Part shown: one piece after another, positions 20,057 to 29,997 of the stretch
Layout: the number at the start of each line of letters is the position of its first letter
Position numbering within the stretch: the stretch's first letter is position 1
Assembly: GCA_016839705.1 (NCBI GenBank)
Contig: JAEOTR010000066.1
Span: 1 to 62,373, forward strand
Direction: 5' to 3'
From: Promethearchaeota archaeon
GTDB taxonomy: Archaea > Asgardarchaeota > Lokiarchaeia > Sigyniarchaeales > SOKP01
Length of the DNA: 62,373 bases
Program-made: the position numbers and the translations under genes
Notes under the pieces: model-generated
What the model was told of the DNA's origin: nothing
Database searches by the model: none
What the model saw: only the letters and a program-made list of their open reading frames with translations

Positions 20057-21916
20057 ATGCCTGATTCAATTACCAAAGAATTAGAACATGGATGGCAAGT
20101 ATTTAATGAAGGAAAAGCTGAGGATGCTTTACAGATTGTCTCTGAGATCGAAAAAATTGAAGGACTTACCCCCGTAGAGACGCTCAAATGTCAGATTCTT
20201 AAAGGAGTAGGATTTTTGTGGACAGGAAATTTTAAGAGTGCACTCACCATAGGAAAACATGTCCAAAAAGAGGGGGTAAAACTAGGAAAACCTTTTCTTT
20301 CAATTGAAGCTATTGCTTTGTTCAAATTTGGGGCTTTATGGTTTTTAGGTAGACAATTTGAAATATGGAAAGATATAGAATATTGTGAAAAATTACTTAA
20401 ATCCGCCCCTCAAGCACCTTCCTCTGAATTCGAGCAGGCAGAGGTTTTATTCAAATTAACAAGAGGGTACTTTGCTTTTTGGGAGGGGAAACTTGATCGT
20501 GTTTTAGAAGATTATACAGAATCTCTTCCATTTCTTAAGCAATCTACTCACTTGTCTTTTACCATGCATTCTGTTCTAAATGTAATGGGTGCCACATATG
20601 CTTTAAAAGGAGAATTAGATCGAGGCCTAAAATACCTCATGAGAAGCTTAGATGTCTCCAAAGGAATGTTTCTCAATAAAACGATTGACGCAGGCAATCT
20701 CAATTGGATTGCCAAGATTTATATTCAACAAGGGAAGCTAAATCTTGCTGCTGAATACTTTGAAAAAAGTCTGGAGATCTGGGAACAATTTAACGATCCT
20801 ATAGCTATTAGTTTTATAAATAGCAACTATAGTGAGTTAATAAAAGTATGCTTATATCAAGATTCTCAAGAGAGGGCAAAAGAGTATCTATATAAGTTCA
20901 AGCTGTTTCTTGAAAAATCTAAGATTCCTCTTCTTGATTACGGTTACCAACTTTCGAATGCACGAACATTAAGATCAAGTCCCCGCACACGTGATTTGGC
21001 GGAAGCAGAAAAAATTCTTAAAGAACTTATTATAAGGTATGATGCTTTAAAAGAATCAGGACTCCGAGGAATAGCAGATGAAAATCCTGAAACTGTTATC
21101 GAACTCTGCGATTTATTCCTCGAAGAATTGTATTCAACCCATGATTTAGGTATTTTAGATGAAATTCAACCGCTTATCAATCGATTGATTAAAGCATCAG
21201 AGAACCTAAACTCTTATTCATTACTAGCTCATACAAATTTGTTACAAGGTAAAGTTTCTTTACTCCAGATGAATATGGGAGATGCAAGACGATACCTAAC
21301 CCAGGCTCAAGATATTGCAGAGGATCATGGTTTACAATTACTAGCTCAAGCGATTTCTAAAGAACATGATAAATTGTTAGAACAATTAGATAAATTGGAA
21401 AACATCGAAAAATTAGATATGACTCTTTCAGAACGCTTGGATCTTGCTTCACTAGACAAAATTATAGCAAGAATGCAAGGAAAACGTGCCATTAAAACAC
21501 CTGAAGTAGTGAATGAAGAACCAATATTGCTCTTGATTATCACAGAAGGTGGTGTTCCTGTCTTCTCCTATTCGTTTGCAGATGAGTGGAATCAGGAAGA
21601 TGAACTTTTTGCAAGTTTCTTGTCAGCCATCACTTCCTTTAGTAGTGAACTCTTCTCTGAAGGCCTCGATAGGATCAAATTTGGACATTACACGGTACTT
21701 ATGAAACCTATGACAGAATTATCATCTTGCTACTTATTTAAAGGTCAGTCATATCTAGCGAAACAAAAATTAACCCGTTTCACTAAGGGTATTCAAAATA
21801 ATACGTCGGTAATGCAAACACTTACTAATTTTTATCACACAAGCCAAGTTGTAGAGTTAAAGGATTTTCCTTTTTTAGAAGTATATATAAAAGATATTTT
21901 CGTATCAAAATTCTAA
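20057..21916 (+). CDS. TPR-repeat protein with C-terminal longin/roadblock-like domain
   Basis: TPR motifs (LNVMGATYALKGELDRGLKYL..SL; IAKIYIQQGKLNLAAEYFEKSL) and C-terminal LLIITEGGVPVFSY...SFLSAITSFS. Confidence 0.8.
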   Translation: MPDSITKELEHGWQVFNEGKAEDALQIVSEIEKIEGLTPVETLKCQILKGVGFLWTGNFKSALTIGKHVQKEGVKLGKPFLSIEAIALFKFGALWFLGRQFEIWKDIEYCEKLLKSAPQAPSSEFEQAEVLFKLTRGYFAFWEGKLDRVLEDYTESLPFLKQSTHLSFTMHSVLNVMGATYALKGELDRGLKYLMRSLDVSKGMFLNKTIDAGNLNWIAKIYIQQGKLNLAAEYFEKSLEIWEQFNDPIAISFINSNYSELIKVCLYQDSQERAKEYLYKFKLFLEKSKIPLLDYGYQLSNARTLRSSPRTRDLAEAEKILKELIIRYDALKESGLRGIADENPETVIELCDLFLEELYSTHDLGILDEIQPLINRLIKASENLNSYSLLAHTNLLQGKVSLLQMNMGDARRYLTQAQDIAEDHGLQLLAQAISKEHDKLLEQLDKLENIEKLDMTLSERLDLASLDKIIARMQGKRAIKTPEVVNEEPILLLIITEGGVPVFSYSFADEWNQEDELFASFLSAITSFSSELFSEGLDRIKFGHYTVLMKPMTELSSCYLFKGQSYLAKQKLTRFTKGIQNNTSVMQTLTNFYHTSQVVELKDFPFLEVYIKDIFVSKF

Positions 21917-22166
21917 TAATAAGAAAACGGATCCTAAAATGAATTCTTTAAAGAAATTAGAAAAATGGATCTTTCACATAATATTTATATAATTTCTTAA
22001 CATTATTACATTTTATAATAATTACGTAATATCCAAAAGGCGAGTTCTTATTTCTAATCTTAAAAATAAATTAAGGAACATTCGGGAAAATTACAGAGCT
22101 ATAAAAGAAATAAAGAGGAATACAATTTCAACATTTTTCATAGCTGTTATAAGCTTATTCATTGGA

Positions 22167-22820
22167 TTGCTGATAATCTATATTATTTTTCATTTAATAC
22201 CTGGAGACCCTATTGCAGCTACATTGCAAGCAATGGGAGCCCATCATTACGATCCGATACAATATCTTTATATGGCTAATATGTTAGGATTTGAATATAA
22301 CCCACTTTTAGGTGTTTATATACTAAGATTTCCAATATTCCTCGGTAATTTATTAACTGCTGCATGGGGTCATTCAGTTAGTGTAAATCGGGGGGTGCCA
22401 GTTTATGACCTAGTTTTAGCCAATAATACAATTCTACATGTAATTTTATTATGTGCAATACCATTGATTATAGGAACATTCTACATGATTAAAAAATCAC
22501 GTAGAAAGTCGATCATATTTAATTCATTAGTAGTTACAATACTTATTGGTGCTGCTTTTATGTTGTATGTCATGTTTAGTGTTCTATTTAATATTAGAGG
22601 ATTTGGCAAACTTTTGGTTGATGCTATATTATTAAATGATCATTTTCTTATTGCAGGATCTCTTTTTTTTGTATTAATATTGTTTCTTTTAACAACATTA
22701 ACCTCAAATATATTCTTTAGCGTCTATAAACTGCGATCAAGTAAATCTCCTAGGGGAGATATTGAATCAAACTCAAGTGACAAACTAAATACTGGAAAAA
22801 AATTAGAAAATAATATTTAA
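22167..22820 (+). CDS. Degenerate, internally shortened DppB/OppB-like ABC permease
   Basis: LIPGDPI, WGHS...VPVYDLV and GFGKLLVDAILLND match DppB ends; the central EAA region is missing; frame is open upstream to about 22101. Confidence 0.55.
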   Translation: MLIIYIIFHLIPGDPIAATLQAMGAHHYDPIQYLYMANMLGFEYNPLLGVYILRFPIFLGNLLTAAWGHSVSVNRGVPVYDLVLANNTILHVILLCAIPLIIGTFYMIKKSRRKSIIFNSLVVTILIGAAFMLYVMFSVLFNIRGFGKLLVDAILLNDHFLIAGSLFFVLILFLLTTLTSNIFFSVYKLRSSKSPRGDIESNSSDKLNTGKKLENNI

Positions 22821-22914
22821 ATAATTTTCTAACAATATTAGTTCTAATAAAAGTATATACTGGTGATCTAAAATTAAAACTTCTATCAAAATTGCGTTAA
22901 TTAGTATAATTCCA

Positions 22915-23535
22915 ATGGCGATCTCATTTTATTATATGATCTCTTTGAATGATTATTTCAGAATTATTATGGGCGTTGCTTGGTTTATTTTCCAATTCAT
23001 AGGGATTTATCAAGATTATACCAATTTTGAACACCATAATAAAAGTATCCTTGAAGCAGGCTTTTGGGGCTCTTTACTTGGTGGGTGGCATACTAATGCC
23101 CGTTCTACCTACAATATGAATTGTCTTTGGTCAATAGGAGGAATTTTTGCAAATGGTATCTTTATTTTGGTTGTATCGCTTATCTTTGGCCCTGGTTCTT
23201 TAATTTATAACATAAATTCTGAAATTCCTATAATCATCCTATGGGTGTTAAGCTGTGCATTAAATTTTTATGCGGGGATGCGTGCGATACCTCCAAGAAA
23301 ATATGAAGTTTTTAAGAGCAAGTGTAAAAATGTAGTTTTAAAGTACCTAAAACAGAATCGAGGGAACACCTTTTCCTTGAATGCGTTGCAAAATAGAGCA
23401 ATGGATCTAAAATTAAACTCTACTGAAAGAGAATTTTATTCAGACCACATTAAAGAGGTACTGGAGAGTTTGAGAGCTGATGAAAAAATACAATCAACCG
23501 TTCAAAATGAAGAAGTATATTATCTAATACCTTAG
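22915..23535 (+). CDS. Hypothetical membrane protein with soluble, winged-helix-like C-terminus
   Basis: Several hydrophobic segments followed by VVLKYLKQNRG...VLESLRADEKI. Confidence 0.6.
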   Translation: MAISFYYMISLNDYFRIIMGVAWFIFQFIGIYQDYTNFEHHNKSILEAGFWGSLLGGWHTNARSTYNMNCLWSIGGIFANGIFILVVSLIFGPGSLIYNINSEIPIIILWVLSCALNFYAGMRAIPPRKYEVFKSKCKNVVLKYLKQNRGNTFSLNALQNRAMDLKLNSTEREFYSDHIKEVLESLRADEKIQSTVQNEEVYYLIP

Positions 23536-23574
23536 TTTAATTTATTGATCTTTTTTTGTTATCGTTGATTTTTT

Positions 23575-23657
23575 TCAATCCCCTTTAGCAAAAGGTTCAA
23601 GATCTAAAGTTTTAAATAAGTCATCATTAGCTTCTATAGGTCCTAGGAAGTTCCATT
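23575..23657 (-). repeat. Displaced copy of the 3' end of the GH57 gene (copy 1)
   Basis: Encodes WNFLGPIEANDDLFKTLDLEPFAKGD*; 66/74 nt identical to 25827-25900 by hand alignment. Confidence 0.9.
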
Positions 23658-24455
23658 TACATAATCCAGAAAAGCTCTTACTACCATATGATACTTGGGA
23701 TCAGGGACAACAGTTATGTGGTCTTTTCCTTGAATTTGAAAATGGCATGCACCTGGAACTAATTGAGCCATTAAGGTCTTATCACCACCAACGAAATCAT
23801 CAGATCCTAGAACAGTTAAAACGGGTACATTGATTTTTTTAATAGAATCTTTTCTTTGGTCGTTAGTTTGGGTTGATTCTCCCCGATTTTGGAAACCTCC
23901 TTGCAAAACGGCTGCTAGAGCATCAAAATTTTGTAAATGGGAATTTTTATAAGCCGAAATTACTTGTCGAAACCTCAAAGCAGCTGGATTTTTAATGTCA
24001 TCAATATTTTTAGTTTTTAAAGCATCAATCCAACTACTGAATCCTCTTTGAGTAGCTTCTCTTTGTTTATCATCAGGAAACTGAAGAGCAAAGCCACCAA
24101 GAACAGCGCTTATAAATAGTTCTTGTTTGCGAAGTAGAAGCTCAAAAGTTAATCTTGAACCCATAGAATAGCCTATAAAGTTAGCTTTCTCGATCGATAA
24201 ATGCTCAAGTAACTTTATTATATCGTCAGTCATATATGGTCCGTATTGAGCCGGATCCAAAGGTTTATCACTTTTTCCATGTCCACGGCAATCTACAAGT
24301 ATTAGTTTATATCTATCCTTAAGAACTTCTACCCAATTCGTTGCTTTCCAATTACCTTCAAGACTTGCCGCAAATCCATGAATCATTATCACCGGTGGAC
24401 CTTCCCCTTCAACTTCATAATATATTTTAACTCCTTTATTATCAAAAAATGGCAT
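23643..24455 (-). CDS. Alpha/beta hydrolase
   Basis: HGF, DCRGHGKS, GYSMG, GSDD, DH. Confidence 0.9.
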   Translation of the reverse strand: MPFFDNKGVKIYYEVEGEGPPVIMIHGFAASLEGNWKATNWVEVLKDRYKLILVDCRGHGKSDKPLDPAQYGPYMTDDIIKLLEHLSIEKANFIGYSMGSRLTFELLLRKQELFISAVLGGFALQFPDDKQREATQRGFSSWIDALKTKNIDDIKNPAALRFRQVISAYKNSHLQNFDALAAVLQGGFQNRGESTQTNDQRKDSIKKINVPVLTVLGSDDFVGGDKTLMAQLVPGACHFQIQGKDHITVVPDPKYHMVVRAFLDYVNGTS

Positions 24456-24696
24456 TGTTATTGTACCTCATTGATTTTTAATATTAAATATTAGTTTTAT
24501 TTTATTCATATTTAATATCTTCTAATTAAATACATTTACTGTTTTTTTATTAGGTGTTTGGTGTTTGGATTTTGAAGGTTTTTATCTCAGATATAATTTT
24601 GAAAAAGGATAAATATGGTCTTGATTACTACGGGATATTTGCTCCATTCCAGAAGAAGCATGATGAGAAAAATGAATAAATAAAAAACGCTCTAAA

Positions 24697-24720
24697 CTAT
24701 TTTTTCGCGAAAGGTTCAAG
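24697..24720 (-). repeat. Displaced short copy of the GH57 3' end (copy 2)
   Basis: ctt gaa cct ttc gcg aaa aaa tag = LEPFAKK*, versus LEPFAKKN* in the intact gene; differences within LEPFAKK are synonymous. Confidence 0.7.
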
Positions 24721-24737
24721 ACTTATTCCTTAAAGCC

Positions 24738-25749
24738 TTATAGAAAAGAAGAGAAATCCGATTCTAGACCTTTATGATAATAATTTAAGAATAGTAAATC
24801 AACAGAATTCACAACCTCCTCTTTATTCTGATGATCTCCTAACAAAAACTCTTTAAAGGAGTATAGTAAGGTAATCATTTCATCAAGATCGAATTCTTCT
24901 AATTCCTGAATGAAAGAATCCCAAATCTCTTGAATGCGCGAAGTATTAAGATTCTGGCTTTTATAGACTTTCCATCCTCCAAAAAAATAATATAATTGGA
25001 GGAAAAATCTTGACCATAGGAAGCCAATTAATTCAGCTTTGGGATTTTCAATAGATATTTCATTGATTTCTCCCTGCTCGAGAATGGTAAGAAAAGCTTT
25101 TAAGTCGGCATTTACGTTAAAAAGATAAGTAGGTATATGTTCAATGAGAGCCTCATTATAAATCACAATTAAAGAGTCTTCTATTTCATCTTTAAACGTT
25201 TCATTAACCAGAATTAGATATCGTGAAAACGCGTCAAGATTGGCATAGTATTCATTTAGGCCAAACCGATTATATGCTTTAATTCTCTTTTCAAAAATCA
25301 AGAAATTCCGACCATCTTCTTGAATAATTTGCCATTCCTCTGGAATATATGGATCTGAAAAGTGATGAATCTAATGAATAGCAATTCGTATCATATTGAT
25401 TAAGTATGTCTGCTGTAATTGAATATAACAGATTTTTTTTCTTTATATTTTTCCAATAAAAAATAGCCGTTTAAACCCACATAGTATATCGCTTTTGCAC
25501 TTAAACTATTTATATATTCAAAATTCTTTTTCAATTTCTCAGTATCTAATCTATAGTCAAGTAATAATTCGCGACCAAGGCACCCCCATTCCACTAATTA
25601 ACCTTAATGTCTATATTCTTTGATTTCTTAAGTTCATTTATCCCACCCTCCAAGAATCTTATAAAAATATTTAAATAAGGATATTTATCTTTATGAAATT
25701 CTTTTACTTCAATCGCTTTTCCCTTATCTCTTAATATAACTTGAGGCAT
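24738..25749 (-). pseudogene. Disrupted zincin-like (HExxH) metalloprotein gene
   Basis: ATG at 25749; frameshifts near 25597 and at the A8 tract 25433-25440; in-frame TAG at 25371-25373 in AIH*IHHF; downstream NEYYAN. Confidence 0.65.
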
Positions 25750-25817
25750 ATTTAATTTATATTGTTGTTATTTTTGATCTCTGAGTAAATCCTCTACTTC
25801 TTAAGCTCGTATCCTGC

Positions 25818-27533
25818 TTAATTTTTTTTAGCAAAAGGTTCAAGATCTAAAGCTTCAAATAAGTCATCATTTGCTTCAATAGAGCCAAGAAAGTTCCATT
25901 CCCCTTCTTCAACATTTTGACCATTCGCATATGTATTCGCCATATTATAAAGCCTAGTGAAATTTTCATAATGTAAGGCAACCCGATTTTCAGCATAATC
26001 TCGCGCACTCCAAGTTGTTATTAAAAATTGCCAGTCACTACTCTCTAATAATAACAATTCACGTGCCATCTGTTTAAGAATTTTGATTAGATTAGGATCA
26101 TTAGAACCCTTAAATTTAGCTATAATATCTTCGCTTTTAGCTTCACATTCATATATTCTCTCCCATGTCCAGGTCGTCCATTCATTTAACCACACCCAGT
26201 GAGAGCTTGCTTGACCCCACGACCCCTCAATCACCGAGACGACCTTATTAGGAGGATTTTCTTCAAGATAGAGTCGAGTATTGGTTAAATTTATTTCAGG
26301 TTCATCTTCTATCCATCTAAGGATACGGGCAATCCACCAATTTCCTTCAAACCACCAATGACCAAACAATTCTGCATCGTAGGGAGCTACAACGATGCCT
26401 GGTTTCCCATTTTTATTTTTATAATCATTTAAAATATCTTTAACTAAATTGACATAATGACCGGCATTTTCATCTAATTTTCCTGGTATATCTTCAGGCC
26501 AATATAACATTTTTTTACCCAAATCAAGTTTTGCTTCAGTTACTTTCCAATATCGCAATCCCCCTGGATAATGCTTCTTATGGAAGTCTAGGTATTCTGC
26601 ACATCCGGGATACCCATGTTCACCACTCCACACTACAATTCCAGTTTTCTCATCTCTCGTGAAAAATCCTACTGGAGCTCCTGTTGATGGATCTGTAGAC
26701 ACTAAATATGGTTCATACTGAGATTTTTCAAAAGAAGTTGGAATTTCTTCATATTGAGATTCAAATTGCTTCCAGAGTTCCGCAAGTAAGGGAAATCGAG
26801 CAGCATAAACTCCTTGTGATTTTCCTCCTAATAGTAATGCAGTATCAATGAAAAAATACTTTAAACCATTTTTAGCGAGAAAATATTCAACTCCAGGTCG
26901 CTCATATTCTTCCCCGGATATTGGGTTTTTCCACTTATACCCAGGACGATAGGCACATTCAGGTAACCAGGCACCCGTAGGAGCTCTTCCAAAATGACGT
27001 TTATAACTGTCGACGGCAGTCTTAAATTGAGCGTCGATTGACGTTTCTTTTGAAAGAAGAGGGGCATATCCATGGGTAGCACCACAGGTTATAATATCAA
27101 TAAGTCCCTTATCTTGTAAAATCTTAAACGCACCTACGATATCCTTATTATATCTATGGATAAAATCATCCTTCACGCGTGAATAGAACTCCTGCCACCA
27201 TTTAGCTAATTTTATTCTTCCCTCTTCATACTTATTTTCAGTAAAATCATTAAAATCAAAAACAGCTGCGTTATATTTTTCATCCAGATACCCAATAAAT
27301 CCATCTGTAAATCTGGGATTTTTTAGCATTTCACAAAGGACTGGTGTAAGGCCAATGGTAAGTTTTGGGCTATATCCATCATCAACTAACTTGTATAACT
27401 CCATCAATAAAGGAACATAAGTTTCAGCAGCAGCTTCATTTATCCAATCCATTCCATGGGGCCACACACCATGGCCTATAACCCAGGGTAAGTGAGCATG
27501 TAAAACTAGACAATAACTTCCAATCTCAGTCAA
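25818..27533 (-). CDS. GH57 1,4-alpha-glucan branching enzyme (DUF1957), second paralog
   Basis: LHAHLPW, ETYVP, ATHGY, WLPECAY, PYDAELFGHWWFEG, GSWG, SSDWQF. Confidence 0.93.
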   Translation of the reverse strand: MTEIGSYCLVLHAHLPWVIGHGVWPHGMDWINEAAAETYVPLLMELYKLVDDGYSPKLTIGLTPVLCEMLKNPRFTDGFIGYLDEKYNAAVFDFNDFTENKYEEGRIKLAKWWQEFYSRVKDDFIHRYNKDIVGAFKILQDKGLIDIITCGATHGYAPLLSKETSIDAQFKTAVDSYKRHFGRAPTGAWLPECAYRPGYKWKNPISGEEYERPGVEYFLAKNGLKYFFIDTALLLGGKSQGVYAARFPLLAELWKQFESQYEEIPTSFEKSQYEPYLVSTDPSTGAPVGFFTRDEKTGIVVWSGEHGYPGCAEYLDFHKKHYPGGLRYWKVTEAKLDLGKKMLYWPEDIPGKLDENAGHYVNLVKDILNDYKNKNGKPGIVVAPYDAELFGHWWFEGNWWIARILRWIEDEPEINLTNTRLYLEENPPNKVVSVIEGSWGQASSHWVWLNEWTTWTWERIYECEAKSEDIIAKFKGSNDPNLIKILKQMARELLLLESSDWQFLITTWSARDYAENRVALHYENFTRLYNMANTYANGQNVEEGEWNFLGSIEANDDLFEALDLEPFAKKN

Positions 27534-27723
27534 TTAAATCATCTCATTATTAATTATAGAATAATTAGAATTAGGTTAGAATTATATAATATTTCATGGC
27601 TTAAATATTAAAAAGAATAGATTATTTGTTTTAAAAACGGTAAAGTTATATATTTCGTTTAGTTAGGTATCATATTAATTTTCCAATCATAAATTAATTA
27701 AGAATTCAAAAAAGTAGGTTTAA

Positions 27724-29112
27724 ATGGGTCAAGTTCCAATCACGAATCTAAATGAATTAAAAAAAAATGGTAGAATTGTAGGAAGGGCTAATTACATCTT
27801 TACACCTGAGATATCAAGCTCTATAGGGTCAATTCATGGTAGCATTTTTAACCAGAATGAGTCAATCGTTATGGGGAGAGATTATCATAATGATAGTCGG
27901 ATGTTGAAGAGAGCATATACTTCAGGGTTGATGTCTACAGGAATTAACCTCCTAAATTTATCAGATTGCACTTTTCCTTTGTTACAATTTACAATTAGAC
28001 GATTTGGGGCAAGTGGTGGTGTTTATTTTTCAGGAGGTCATTTATATAGTGAAGATGTTGGAATAAGGTTTTTAGACGCTGGTGGAATTGAGTTATCTCA
28101 ATCCGAAATACAACGGATAATAGATTCTTATAATACATATCCTGAACATGTGCGAAGGGTTGATCCTAACGAAATTGGGCAATTAACTGCGATTCCGCAA
28201 ACCGCGGATATATATATTAAATCCTTACAACAATTTGTAGATAAAAAAAAAATAAAAGATGCAAATTTAAAAATTGTAGTAGATTGTTCTTACGGGCCTA
28301 CAGGTAAAATAACTCCTCTCTTGATTAATGATATTGGGGTTGAAGTCATTGCGCTCAATACTCATTATAGAGAGAGATCAGTAAGTCCTGTGCCAAGTAT
28401 CAATACAATAAGAAATACCGCGAATATTGTGAAAGCGTCAAATAGTCACCTTGGTGTATGCTTTGACGTAGACGGCTCAAGAATCTTAGTGGTTGATGAA
28501 AATGGGATAGAAGTAAGTTTTGAAGAATTATTAATGTTGTTTGTCACATTTGATAAAAGAATTCAAAATTCTAAGTCAAATACGATTATCACAACCCCTT
28601 CGCTCTCTCCAGTTGTGAAGAGCTTTATTGAAGATGGCGGTTTTCCGATTAAACAAGTGGATAATTATCCCGGAGAAATCTCTAGGCAAATTAGAGAAGA
28701 ACGAGCTTGTTTTGCTGCAGCTGACACCCTGAAATTTTACTTTCCTGCGTGGTCACCTTTCAGTGATGGGAATTTTATTTTATTGAAAATTATTGAAATA
28801 ATGACTACTCAAAATGATATTTTGAGCTCATTAACAAAAGGATTTCCCAAGGGTATTAAGATAAATAAAACCATTCCAGTTTCTGCTGATTTAATTGAAA
28901 ACATCCATAATCGATTAAGGGAAATAGCAGAAGAATCAGGTTATCAGTATCATGATATAATAAATGAGTTGAAAGTCATTAATGATTATGGATATGCTCT
29001 AATTAAAGTAGCATTACATAGAAATGCACTCCTTTTATCGGCAGAGTCTGAAGACAAAAATAAAGCTCAAAAAATGATTGACGAATTAGAAAAAACACTT
29101 TCAAAACTCTAA
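27724..29112 (+). CDS. Phosphomannomutase/phosphoglucomutase-fold protein with degenerate active site
   Basis: GRD, SRMLKRA, KIVVDC..G; FSGGHL replaces TASHN and DVDGSR replaces DxDxDR. Confidence 0.8.
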   Translation: MGQVPITNLNELKKNGRIVGRANYIFTPEISSSIGSIHGSIFNQNESIVMGRDYHNDSRMLKRAYTSGLMSTGINLLNLSDCTFPLLQFTIRRFGASGGVYFSGGHLYSEDVGIRFLDAGGIELSQSEIQRIIDSYNTYPEHVRRVDPNEIGQLTAIPQTADIYIKSLQQFVDKKKIKDANLKIVVDCSYGPTGKITPLLINDIGVEVIALNTHYRERSVSPVPSINTIRNTANIVKASNSHLGVCFDVDGSRILVVDENGIEVSFEELLMLFVTFDKRIQNSKSNTIITTPSLSPVVKSFIEDGGFPIKQVDNYPGEISRQIREERACFAAADTLKFYFPAWSPFSDGNFILLKIIEIMTTQNDILSSLTKGFPKGIKINKTIPVSADLIENIHNRLREIAEESGYQYHDIINELKVINDYGYALIKVALHRNALLLSAESEDKNKAQKMIDELEKTLSKL

Positions 29113-29235
29113 TCTCACTTAGTTTTTTAAAGTCTTAATTTAATGTATTACCAAATAGAATTAAAAATTTAAAACAAATAGAACTAATTATATAATAATA
29201 AAATATTAACAAAAGAATTAGAAAAAGTTGATCTT

Positions 29236-29889
29236 ATGGCGGATGCTGGTTCAATAATCGTTTTAATTACCTTCTTCATTATATTTGCGATATTTTTAGT
29301 GTTTGATTTGTTAGGTCGGAATGAGAAATATAGTTATTTAGCTTATATTGTAGCGTTACTTCCCGTAAATATGTACTGGGGCTTAGGATACGATCCTCTA
29401 GTTGCCTATATTATTCTTTTTATTCTATGGGATATAACAATTATACGGGATGCCATTGCGGTTTTTCTCAAGAAAAATAAAGAAATTAATGAGATTCTAA
29501 TGTATCTCTTCCTCGGCATTATAATTCAATTGATTATGACTGCGATATTACCGGCGATTAATACTAGTTTACAGGCGGGTAATGACCTTGTATGGTATTT
29601 CTGGTTACCAAATGTTCATACTCATCCTATAGCGAGTGTAGCATTAATTTTTCAAATAGTTGCAACATTGTTGGTACTCCTAGTTATAATCCCGCTCATT
29701 CTTGATATAAAGGATGAGGAAGCATCAGTACCCATAATAATTGTTTTTGTTGTAATATTTATATTACCGTTCCTTTATTTGAGCTTTATTTGGCTTCCTG
29801 AAGCAATGGGTGTTTTAACATTACTGTTTTCGGTAATCCTCTTTACATTACTTTTATTAATCACAAAATCAGGGAAAGAAGCTAGCTAA
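29236..29889 (+). CDS. Hypothetical multi-pass membrane protein
   Basis: About 7 hydrophobic segments. Confidence 0.75.
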   Translation: MADAGSIIVLITFFIIFAIFLVFDLLGRNEKYSYLAYIVALLPVNMYWGLGYDPLVAYIILFILWDITIIRDAIAVFLKKNKEINEILMYLFLGIIIQLIMTAILPAINTSLQAGNDLVWYFWLPNVHTHPIASVALIFQIVATLLVLLVIIPLILDIKDEEASVPIIIVFVVIFILPFLYLSFIWLPEAMGVLTLLFSVILFTLLLLITKSGKEAS

Positions 29890-29997
29890 AATTTTAATAA
29901 TCTTCAATTTACTTTTTATTATTATTTTTATATTTACTTCGCAATAAATTGTTAGATTATAAGGAATTCAAATAGGAATAATTCTTAATATTCAACA

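Noticed and set aside
24554-24679. 41-codon plus-strand ORF (…KKDKYGLDYYGIFA…), possibly another gene-end remnant
   Set aside because: The parent gene cannot be identified from this window.
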